Source: Lytechinus pictus
Lineage: Eukaryota
DNA length: 64,000 bases
Assembly (NCBI RefSeq): GCF_037042905.1
Contig: NC_087251.1
Coordinates: forward strand, 18,230,001 to 18,294,000
Reading direction: 5' to 3'
Shown here in pieces: positions 50,601 through 62,600 of the stretch (its first letter is position 1; each line of letters opens with the position of its first letter). A program made the translations under genes and the position numbers. The notes under the pieces are model-generated. The model did no database searches. It saw only the letters and a program-made list of their open reading frames with translations, and was not told where the DNA came from.

Positions 50601-53600
50601 GAGGTGCATGCAGGTTGTAACCATGAATAAACACCAGACATTTTGCATACTTCAAATACTGATTTTTTTTTTAAATATAAAAACATGGATCTCCTTCAAA
50701 GAGATTTTGGTGTGTCAATAGTGAACACAATCACTCAAAATTGCACTGCCTTTTCACTGAGAAGTGCAACGAATACAATGCCTCATGAGGCGGGCCCTGG
50801 ATGGGAATCTCATCTACATATCATGACTCATGTGCATGTACTATTCGATACAAAAAGATATGAACAAAAAGCATAATATACAGTCCTCTCACACATGCGT
50901 ACTCTGCCATTTTGGAACGGTTCAATGCTTTTTCATTGGACAGGCTGGATGTTGATTTTTTTGGAGCCGACAGACTTTCAGTCATCCCAAATGACTATTA
51001 CTTGCCCATTTTTTTTTGGCAAACCAGGTTTAGCTTGATTTTCAATCCAGATTTACTTAAAAATCTCTTGAAAATCACCTAAATTTCAACAAAATCTGGT
51101 AGTAGGAACAGTTCTACCTGGACAGTGGAGAGTAGACTGCTGGGTTGAATTACAGATAAAGCTAAAATGGGAAGAAAAAAAATTAGCTAAAATGTGAAAA
51201 TCAGTATGCTAAAATGGGCATTTGAAAATTTGTCTTAACTTTCAATTGATGCCCACTGCCCATTCAAAGTCTTTGCAACTTAGGACTAACTACAGGCCAA
51301 AGCTAAATGCTGTCAGTGTCACTCAGAGTCAGACTCAGTGACTACAGTATGATTTTCGATCTTTTTTTCCCTTTTTCATGGAAATAAACTGGAATTATAA
51401 ATTTATAGATCAAGTTTAAATGTGAACTTTTGTTACTTTTATGTAAAAGAACGAAGTGAAAAATTTGTGACAGTTCCCCCCCTCCCCCCCAAAAAAAATC
51501 TCAAACATGGCCTTCAATTTACAGTACGTGAGTTGTAAGAAATTAGAACAATCTACATTGAGAAATACAGTGCGTATAAAAACAAGTGGAACGCCTCTGG
51601 CAGTCTCGCCTGCATTACGCGATTTAATATAGCAGCAGTGCTAACTTTGAAAACTACTATAAAATAATCATTCACAAAAACACCATTCATTTAATGACAT
51701 AATACCACATTCATTGACCATAAATGACATTTGAACGGTGACTTAAGACTACACACATGTCCACATTTCATTCACTCTATCCATAAACTTTGATGGCAAT
51801 TCAATAATTACCCCAACATGGCCTAAGTTTATTGACCTTAACTGACCTTTGACCTTGGTTTTGTGACCTGAAACTCACAGGGGATGTTCAGTGATACTTG
51901 ATTGCTCTTGTATCCCAAGTTTTATGAACTAGATCCATAAACTTTCATAGTTAGGATGGTAATTCAACAAATACCCCCAACATGGCCAAAGTTTATTGAC
52001 CTTTAATGACCTTTGACCATGGTCATGTGACCGAAACTCATACAGGATGTTCAGTGATACTTGATTACTCTTATGTCCAAGTTTTATGAACTAGATCCAT
52101 AAACTTTCAGAGTTAGGATGGTAATTTAACAAATACCCCCAACACGGCGCCAAAGTTCATTGACCTTAAATGACCATTGACCATGGTCATGTGGCCTGAA
52201 ACTCGCACAGGATATTCAGTGGTACTTGATTAACCTAATGTCCAAGTTTCATGAACTAGATCCATAAATTTTCAAAGTTATGATGGTAATTCAATACCCC
52301 CAACTTGGCCAAAGTTCATTGACCCTAAATGACCTTTGACCTTGGTCATGTGACCTGAAACTCGGGCAGGATGTTCACTAATACTTGATTAACCTTATGT
52401 CCAAGTTTCATGGACTAGATCCATAAATTTTCAAAGTTATGATAGTAATTCAACAAATACCCCCAACTTGACCAAAGTTCATTGACCCTAAATGACCTTT
52501 GACCTTGGTCATGTGACCTGAAACTCGAGCAGGATGTTCACTAATACTTGATTAATCTTATGCCCAAGTTTCATGAACTAGGTCCATATACTTTCTAAGT
52601 TATGATGTCATTTCAAAAACTTAACCTTTGGTTAAGATTTTGAAAAAAATTCTCCCAACATGGTCCAAGTTCATTGACCCTAAATGACCTTTGACCTTGG
52701 TCATGTGACCTGAAACTCAGGCAGGATGTTCAGTAATACTTGATTAACCTTATGTCCAAGTTTCATGAACTAGGTCCATATACTTTCTAAGTTATGATGT
52801 CATTTCAAAAACTAAACCTTGGGTTAAGATTTGATGTTGACGCCGCCGCCGTAAAAGCGGCGCCTATTAATAGTCTCTCTCTGCTATGCAGGCGAGACAA
52901 AAAACGGGACAGTTTTGAAAAGTCTATAAAAAAATTGTTTCAAATTATGATATCTATATTTTGATGTTAATAGATGCTCTGAAATCTTATCTTTGAAATG
53001 CAATTTAAAAAATATAAATTTTGTTCATGCTTGAGCGAACACGGGACGCTTTTGTCGGGGGTTCAAAAAGAGGCTTGCGCCAGAATGGCAGAATATGAGT
53101 AATATGATGATCAGACTTCTTGCTAATCAGAAGACTTCCTCTCAACCCTTTCATTATCTGTGCCATAATTTTCGAATTATGCTGTCAAATTTTATTTACA
53201 AATTTATTTATGTACTTGAAATACTTTGTTTTTTTCATTTAAACTTTTTTTACCTTTGAATTTTCCTTCATAAGTAAGAAAAGAAGACTTTTTGTCAACC
53301 CAAGCAAGAAGATTTTCATTATTAATTGGGAAAACTTGTAATTATTCAAATCCTTTTATTACATGAAACAAATTATGTTATGGTACCTTTAAAAGACATG
53401 AATCCATTTTTCAAGGGGTTATTGATTCCTTGACCAGGTTTAATTATATGCTTGACAGGACAAACAGGAAGGGATTCATGTCTTTCAATACTATAGCAAT
53501 GGTGTATTGAGTCAATTTTGAAAGAGCTAGATATGGCAGATCGGGTAAATGTATTAAACAGTTGTGAGCAAGCGAAGCAAGCACGCAAATATTCCCACTT

Positions 53601-56600
53601 TTTCATTACAATATCAAATTTTGTGATAGATTTTGACATAATATTCAGAAAATAATATCATATTTTACTTTCTATCTTTCCTTTTATTTCCTTTCCACTT
53701 TTTTTCTTGGTCATGATTTTTTTAATTGAGGGGGGGGGGGGGCAACCCCGAGCCCTCGCCCATCTGTATGGCACTGTTCAAAAGGCACCATAACCTTTGT
53801 AGCACACAATGAAAGGATTTGAAAAAATTCACGCTCTCCCATACTTCGGTTGAAAAAAATGTTTTTGCTTGAAGAAGGAATATTCAAAGCTAAAAGAGAA
53901 CATATCAAAAAGAAACAACAGAGCAATTCAAGCAAAGAAATAGATTTGAAAATGAATTTTGACAACATAATTTGAAAATTTATGGCAAAGATAATGAGAA
54001 GGTTAAAAGGAAGTCTGCTGATTAGCAAGAAGTCCAATCATCATATTTATCATTTTATGCCATTTTGGCGCAAGCCTCCTTTTTAACCCCATAAAGAAAC
54101 ATTCCGTGTTCGCTTAAGCATGAACGAAACTAAATTTTTTAATGGCATTAGAAATATACGACTTCGGAGCACCTATTAACATCAAAATATAGACATCATA
54201 ATTTGAAACAAAAATTTTATAGACTTTTCAAATCTGTCCTGTTTTTTTTTATACGCACTGTAGTAAAGGCAAAGACAGTCATTGCCATTGGAAAGTACTA
54301 CTATAAAGGGGGGCCCCATGTCTGCGCACCTAAAAAATTAACTTAAGATTTAACATGAATTCTTTTTATTTCACAAAATTTTTCAGTTGATAATGTTCCT
54401 TACATTTTCATGAATAAGTGTGCCAAAAATCTCATAAAAATTTGAAAGAAATAAATGATTTTCTTGAAAAAAAACCCTCGGCCAGACATTTTCAGTTTGA
54501 ATAAAACAATGGTGCCTTAAGTCAGCGCACCGATTTCCTTTACACATGATTCAGGAATTTTGATGATAAAGGCTTCCTTTTGAGGCAGTCACATGAAATG
54601 CCCAAAATTCAATATTTTGCCACCATTTTGAGTCTGATTTTTTAATGAATAGACTATCTTTCTATACGTCCCATCTTTGAAAGGGCTCTCGTACTCTGAG
54701 AGATTGACGAAGCTTAATTTGCTAACTCTTGTTTATAGATGAGCTAGGGGTGACATGATAGAGACCACCCATGGGTGCATTACTTGCCGCCATGTACAGG
54801 AAAATTGAAGGCACAGCGCATGCAAAATTGGAACAATTGCATGGCAATCCCGCGAATTTAAAAAGCGGTTTTATAAAATTAAATCCTTCTACGAAACTTA
54901 CCGAACGATGTGAAGTCAATTCCCCCAAATATTATGAATATCCCTCAAATAGCATCATTTAAGCGCTGATTTCTCTTCTCATTGATAAAATATGGATCAA
55001 TTAGCAAAAGAGGGCGCGCGATTTACCTTCATATCAAAGACACTACATAGAAAAGACTAGGCACAAAAACTATTTTACATGTAAATAGATGCAAAGCGTT
55101 ATGCGAAGTCGGCAAAGTGTTTAATCTTTTTATTGTAAAGACTTTGGTGGAATGTTCAATGACAAACGAACGGTAGCACTGCTGGCTTCGTTCAATGCTC
55201 GTAGAATTTTCTATTTTTTGTTTAATTTGTCAGCGCTTTGAATGTTTTCAAAAAAGTATCATCATCAGCAAAAATAATCTAAAAAGTATGTTTTTCAAGA
55301 CAATTATTGCATTAATATTGGTGTCTACATTTTATCAAACATTCATGGGAATTTTGCATACAATGAATCTAGAATCTAGACTTTTTCTAGTTATAAAATA
55401 CCGACGAGCTGAATTAAGGATGTGAATTGTATCAGTGCCACCAACGACCTTCCTTTTATTTCCGTGAAAGAGACATGCAAAGCTACTTTCCCGGCAGAGG
55501 TAAGCAATTTTACTCTTTTTTTATGTGCTTTTTATATTAAAAAAATAATAAAAGTTGAAAATGGAACGCACATCACCAGAAAAAGCCCTGGTGAATAGCG
55601 GAATGAGTTTTGGCTAACATTATTCCCGTTACGAAGCACAACTAAAATATCCACTGCGTAGACACGTTCGTAGTGCGAGGTTAGTATAGTACATGTATAC
55701 TAACCTCACAATACGTGTGAGTGGATAGAGACCTGATTCTTCACAAATATCTCACAAGTTTCAATGTCAGGGCAGCGTTTCATGACCTGGGACGGGGATT
55801 CTCTTTGGATCGAGGCCTAACGCACGAGTCGAGTCGAGTTGTTGTGCTATGCTGTTTCATTTTCGATTTTGGACTATCTTTTTGATTTATATAGGAATTA
55901 GGATTTATACCTTGGATCCTTTTGGATTTTGCTATTGCTAATTTTGGGGAAATTCGGATTGCAGAAGGGTAAGCTGACATTTTTGGGCCTTTCACGCACT
56001 CTGCACTTAGATATAGCGAGGGTTTGAATTTCCCGCCAAACCACAATGGCGGGCGCCACTAACGTGGCGGAGAATCTAGCTCACCGCAAGCCTCCAGAAG
56101 AGGAGGGAGGTTTTCAAGTAATAAGAAAACTAAAATTAGCCAAGAAAATATTGAGAGAAGGTAGTTTAAGTGATGTTGAAGAGCTGGCAGCGGATACCGA
56201 TTTTGGCACACTGCTGTCAACTCCTTTCAAAACAGGAATAAATGCCCCAAAAGCAGACCACTTAAAGGTACTCTTAGTACCCATTGATAGAAATAAAAAC
56301 CTTAGTGTAGTTAATGAACTAACTGTCAAGAAGGATATTGGAAAGGATTGCAGGTCTCCCCCTGACTTCATTAAGTTTGTACGAGGTGGGAAGGGTCTCT
56401 TAGTAAAGTGTAAAAATGAGAAGCAACGTAAAGCCTTAACTCAGATACCAGAAATATTCAACTTAAAATAGAGGAAAAAACCTATGCCTCGAAAGGGGTC
56501 ATATTTGGAATTTCTCTAGAAACTTCTGAGGAAGATATTCTGAAGGAGCTAGAACAAAGCAGAGTAGTGAAGGTTGAGAGAATGAAGAAACGAATTGAGG

Positions 56601-59600
56601 GTGATTTGAAGCCCCTAAAGACAGTAATATTGTTCTTCTCTACCCCCCAAATTCCAGAACATGTTGAATTTTGCTTCCAGAAAATAAGAGTCAAGGAATA
56701 CATTCCACCAGCACCCAGGTGCTTTAAATGCCAAAGATACGGGCATTTAGCAAGTGGATGTAGTGCTAAGGAAAGGTGCCCCAGATGTGGCCTAGGACAT
56801 TCGGTAGAAAATTGCGAACTGGAGCGACAACATTTCAAATGTGTAAATTGCAATGGTAATCATTCGGCTGCTTATAAAGGTTGTGAGGCATCAAAAGAAG
56901 CACAAGAAGTGCAGCAAATTAAAGTACAAAATCGCATCTCATATGCGCAAGCAGTGAGACTATGCTCCGAACAAAACAAGGAAATTAAGCAGGGAAAACA
57001 TTTTGTAAACAAGGCAGAAATTAAAAAAGTAACAAATCCAATTAATAGAATAAACACTCAGAAAGGAAATGCAGTTTCTGATCAAACCGAAATGGAAATG
57101 GTCTCGGATTCGCAAATGTCTACCAAAACAGAGGTGACAAGTAAAATGTCTGAGAATGTAGGCCAAACGCATAGTAATTTCTTGAAAGGTGCTTCAGACA
57201 TCACACTTATTTCTTTCTTTATTAGACTAATAAGAATAGTAACAAGGCCTGACTGTAATCCATTTGATGAAATAACACATATTTTGAAAAATACTCTGGG
57301 TTTACATCCCACAGACGTTGATTTACAGTCAATTCGCAGCCTATTCTACTAGTCTGATCACCCTCGTGGCATTCAGCATTCTCCAGTGGAATGCACAGGG
57401 TCTTGAATGCCACGGGGATGAGCTACCCGGTAATTAGATTTTTGAATCAACAAAAAAGACCCTTAGAAATTATTTGTGTACAAGAAACTTGGTTAGAAGA
57501 GGGGAGGGTCTTACAGATACCAGACTATATATGTGAATATAGGAATAGAAAAGGAGGGTCCCGAGGGGGTTGCGCTATATACGTCCATTCCTCACTAAAC
57601 TACAAAGGTGTTTTTAAACACGATGATCTGGAGATCATATCATTAGAAATTTTATTGGATGATGAGATTTCAAATGTAGTTAATTTCTACAACCCGTGCA
57701 GCAAACTTAGCACAGATTCGCTGAATGAACTTTTCAAAAATGTGAGGGGGAAAAACTTTGTAATATTGGGAGACTTTAATTCCCATAATACATTATGGGG
57801 CAGTAAAAAAACAGATGCTAATGGCAAAGTAGTGGAAGAATTTGCAAACGAGAGAAATCTTGTTATCTTAAATGATGGAAGTGCCACTAGAGTAGACTAC
57901 CACACGGGTAATTTTTCTTGTTTGGATCTAACATTAGCCCCTCCTTGTACAGCGAACAAAACAACGTGGCAGATCCTGAACAACAGCTTTGGAAGTGACC
58001 ATTATCCATTGTTAAGCCAGTTGAACATACTGAAAGGGAATGGTACGCAAACAAAGATCGACCACTCCCAGTCTATCAGTTCAATGTTATCCACAAAGAA
58101 TGTAAATTGAGATGAATTTAGGCGGCAAACTGATGAGCAGTGGAATACCTTACAGAAAGGAGGCAAGGTCATAGAGTTCGATTCTTTCATGGAATCAATT
58201 AAGATTACCCTGGAAAATTTGAAAGGACATTGAGCTACCAAGAATATTAAGAAAAACCCAGTACCATGGTGGAATAAAGAATGTTCCTCTAGAATAAAGG
58301 AGAGAAATAGAGTAAGGAGCAAATTGAAAAGTTATGTAATACCCCCTCCAGATTTATTGGAGGATTTTAAGAAGAAAAGATCTATTGCCCAGAAAACTTT
58401 AAGGCAAGCCAAAAGAGTTTACTGGGAAAAGTACTGTCAAGACATTGATCGTTTTACCCCTTTATCCGAGATCTGGAATATGATTAAAAGGATCAATAAT
58501 GATGGTATTTCGCCCAGGAAAAACATTGTTCTCATGAGAGAATAGTTCCGTTGTTACTGGCAATGACGTTGCGGATACTTTCGCCAACCACTTTAAAAAC
58601 ATAAACGATAGTTTTAAGGGCAAAGTTTTTACCCCTGAACAAATAGATATTGTTAAAAAATATGAGGACATCATATCATCATTTGGTGATGCTAAGGGTA
58701 GTAGTGTCCTTAATGAACCCTTTACCATGTACGAATTGAGAACATCATTTAAAAAATGTAAAGAGTCTTCTCCAGGTAAAGATGGCGTTGGGTATGAAGT
58801 ATATAAAAATCTCTCACACAAAGGGAGAGTGATAATGTTAACTATAATTAATAGCATATGGGAAACAGGAATTGTTCCCCTCCAATGTAAGCATTGCGTC
58901 ATAGTCCCAATATTGAAACCACACAAGGAAGCTACAGACGTTTCTTCCTACAGGCCTATCGCTCTTAATGACTGTTTCATCAAAATAGTTGAGAAAATCA
59001 TCAAAGAAAGAATGGTATGGTTTATGGAAAAACATAGTTTGTTACCATCTTGCCACAGTGCTTTTAGAAAGGCAAGAAGCACAAAAGACAATATAACCCA
59101 ACTTGAAAATTACATTAAAAAAAGTATTGGGAATAAAGAACATACCCTGGCTGTTTTCTTTGACATGGAGAAGGCTTATGATAGACTATGGAAGGCTTGA
59201 TTTATAAACTTAATAAACTTGGTTTCCAAGGCAACATGGTCAAGTTCTTATGAAACTATTTAAGCAGGCGCTCTTTCCAGGTCAGGGCAAATAAGTACCT
59301 CTCAGTTATACAGGACATACATGTAGAGGAAGGGCTACCGCAGGGTAGTTCCCTAAGTCCTGTCCTTTTCAATTTAATGTTGTCGGACATACCAATGGAC
59401 GAATCAGTCAATATTTCTATATACGCAGACGACTGTCTGTGTTATATGGAAAAGTGGAAAAAACATTGATTTTCTAAAAAGAAAAGTACAAACCTATGTG
59501 AATATCCTAAATGAGTGGTTCAACAGATGGGGTTTTACCCTTTCTAAAGAAAAATCTGTTACTTTGCTTTTTAGTAACACTAACAAATGTGTACAGATTG

Positions 59601-62600
59601 AATTAGATGAGGTCCCCTTACCACAAAAGGACGAACATCTATTTTTAGGAGTAGTACTGGATAGAAAGTTAACATGGAGACCACATATAAATATGATTGT
59701 AACAAGAGCAAAAAAGAAAATAAATATAATGAAAAGACTAGTGGGAACTAAGTGGGGAAGTAGTTATAAAAGCCTTTTGACTTTTTATAAAGTGGTCATC
59801 AGGCCATTGTTGGATTATGCAGCAGAAGCATATGATTCAGCTCATGATCATGTGAAGAACTTCTTGTTGACTATTCAATACCAGGCTATAAAATTGTGCA
59901 CAGGGGCGTTGCCGGGTACCTCCCTGGAATCTTTACAGGTAGATACTGGTGAATTACCACTCGATCTGAGAAGATACATGCTTAGCAAGGTTTACAAAGC
60001 AAAAATAAGACAAAACGCCAAACACCCACTCCAATCTTTATTGAAGAACTGTTGGCAATTTGAATACGAAAAAAATAAGAAAGCACGAAAACCTTTTGGT
60101 TTGAGAGTTTTGGAAGATGAGATATACTACACAACTGAATCTTTTCAGTCTTATACACCCATGCCTCCTTGGCATCTCTCTCCACCAGAAGTGTCATTGA
60201 AGCTGCATGAGCTTGTATCCAAAAGTGATAACGTTTTTTATCAATATAACACAACTGTGGAGTATATTAATACAAAGTGGAAAGAGAATATCCATATTTA
60301 CACTGATGGTTCTAAAGACCCGGTGCACGGCAATGCCTCTGCTTGTTTTTACGTGCCTGCAATGAGGGTAATCGAATGTAAAAGAATGCAAAATTTTACA
60401 TCATCGTATAGATCAGAATTGGTCGCCATTGTTCTGGCACTGCAGTGGTTGGAAAATTTGAATGTTTATAATAAAGTGGTAATTTTTACCGATTCTCTGA
60501 GTGCTATCGAAGCAGTGAAGGAAAACAACGATGATAATTTCGTTAGAGAAATCATAAATACCGCTACTTGTCTAAAATATAAAGGTATATTGATTTGCTT
60601 AGAGTGGATTCCATCTCACTGTGGGGTTAATGGAAACGAAACGGCTGACTTCTATGCAAAGGCAGCCCTAAAACAAGAAATAGAGATAAATAATGGTTTG
60701 AATATCCAAGAAACAAAAAAGATTGTAAGAGTCCTTGCAAGAAATGAATGGCAGAAGAGATGGGACAAGTCAACTTCAGAATTAAGAAAATACCAGAAAG
60801 TTGTATCAGAAAAAACACCCTTTGATTATCTCTGCACAGACAAAAGTGGTGAAAAAATGATCCACAGATTACGTTTGGGAGGTTTGGGTTTGAATGACTT
60901 CCTTTTTAAGACGGGAAGACACACAACTGGAAAGTGTGATTTCTGCAATGAAAGAGAAACGATATACCACTTCTTATATGTTTGCCCTAGATTTATAATT
61001 CAACGAGCCCTATTACTTGCTGAATTAAATGTTAACAATATCTCTGATGCGGAACGTAAAGTGGAGAATCTCGCAGTAAAGACCCAAAGTGCACTTATCA
61101 GATATTTCAAAAGGACTCATAGATTTCAATTTGGTTGCCAGGATGGCAACCATTACAACAGGGTGTAGTCAAGACTTCGTGACCATAATACTTTTCTGAG
61201 CAAGGTGTATATATAATTATTCATCTTGGGGGGTAATTGTTTATGATGTAATCGATGATGTTTTCACCTAAATAGTCTATGTGTGCACCTTTCTTGTCAC
61301 TTTCACTTTATCATATGGCCCTTGAATGTCAGTATTTATTCTACTGTAAATGTTTTTTTTGTTAAAAAGTAAAAAAAAAAAAAATGTTGATATTGATCTG
61401 ATCGATTTGACATAAATTTTCACCTGCGGAATTTTAAATGGAGTTCTACGAGGTATCGGATAGAGCGCCACCTGCTCACGTTTGAGAGACATAGGGAGTA
61501 CAATTTGTTTGTACACCTGAGATGCCCTCGAAATGTACCTCGAGCGGGCTTGTCAGGATAACGTACTAATACAGGGCAGGAGAGGTGGTCTTGCACGATT
61601 TCCTAAGAACTTTTCTTTCCTATCTTTCCTTTACTTTTTTTAACTGATATACATTGAACAAAGAAATTATTATTTTTTTTTTTAAGGGAAAGCAAATTTA
61701 CAAGGCAACAATAGTCAAAACTGACTAGTTTGCCTATTTAAAATAACAACAACAACAACATGAAGGGAGTTGTCAGACATTTTATCTGACAAGTCCAATT
61801 TAATCTGACATGACAGTTACCATGCATACATGTAGTAACGCTGCTTCTTAGAATCTTAGCCAATTGTTCTCTCTCTCTCTGCTGTGTTCTTCCCCCGCTA
61901 AGGTCGGAGATCAACGGCACCGTTGGAAGGGTCGCAATCACGACCAAGGAAAGTTGTCAAATCTGTCAACTTGTCGGACAAATATGTTGATGAAACTTGA
62001 AAGTCTCCCACACAACAGTCCCACTCCCAGATCTGACATCTCATCTTTCCTTCTAGACCAAAAGCTTCAGTCTCTGTATTTTGGTTGTTCCGCTGAACTG
62101 CGTTGGCTCACTCACCAATACATAGACTGAAGAGCTTGGAGGCCCGTACATACAGACAACGTATTAGCAGGAACGTTAGATCTAACATTCGGCGGAACCC
62201 CATTTTCCGATCGTTTTTTTGTACATAAAATGTCACATTATGAAAAAGAAATCACATCCATATTTACGGGAAAATGTTAAAAATTCAGATATATCGTACC
62301 TTAGACCGCAGTTACCGCTAATTCCTTTCAAATGATGATCGAAACATCGTCATCTTCGATCCTTTCGTTGGTCAACGTAAGTTGCCATCTTTGAATTTTG
62401 ATGACGTCATCATCCTTACAGACGTATTTACCAGTCGCTATATATCGCGATTTGTGCCGCTGCTTTGCGCTTGTAGATGTGCGTGCGTTCGGAACTTGTC
62501 GCTCGCATTGATTGGCCAGGATATCGAAAATTTAATCGGAAAGCCTTGATAATTAAGCACAACTCGTTGACGGCTGCCATTTTTTCCTCTCCGGCAGAAA

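Larger units (their letters stand above)
55776..61571 (+). mobile_element. Near full-length, degenerate non-LTR retrotransposon (LINE) of the I group (I/Nimb-like, RNase H-bearing), antisense within CDAN1 intron 1
   Basis: ORF1 carries three CCHC knuckles; ORF2 carries APE endonuclease, RT, RNase H and a C-terminal CCHC. The ends are inferred from a candidate TSD CAGGGCAG (55768-55775 / 61572-61579) and are uncertain. Confidence 0.9.

Noticed and set aside
54308..55660. CpG-richer segment starting GGGGGGCCCCATGTCTGCGCACC as a defined transposon
   Set aside because: Probably repeat-derived, but I could not find the matching opposite terminus, a TSD or coding similarity in this window.
56455..56475. 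Programmed -1 ribosomal frameshift in LINE ORF1
   Set aside because: There is no X-XXY-YYZ slippery heptamer. A 1-nt loss in an A-run (mutation or assembly error) explains it, and the element has other lesions.
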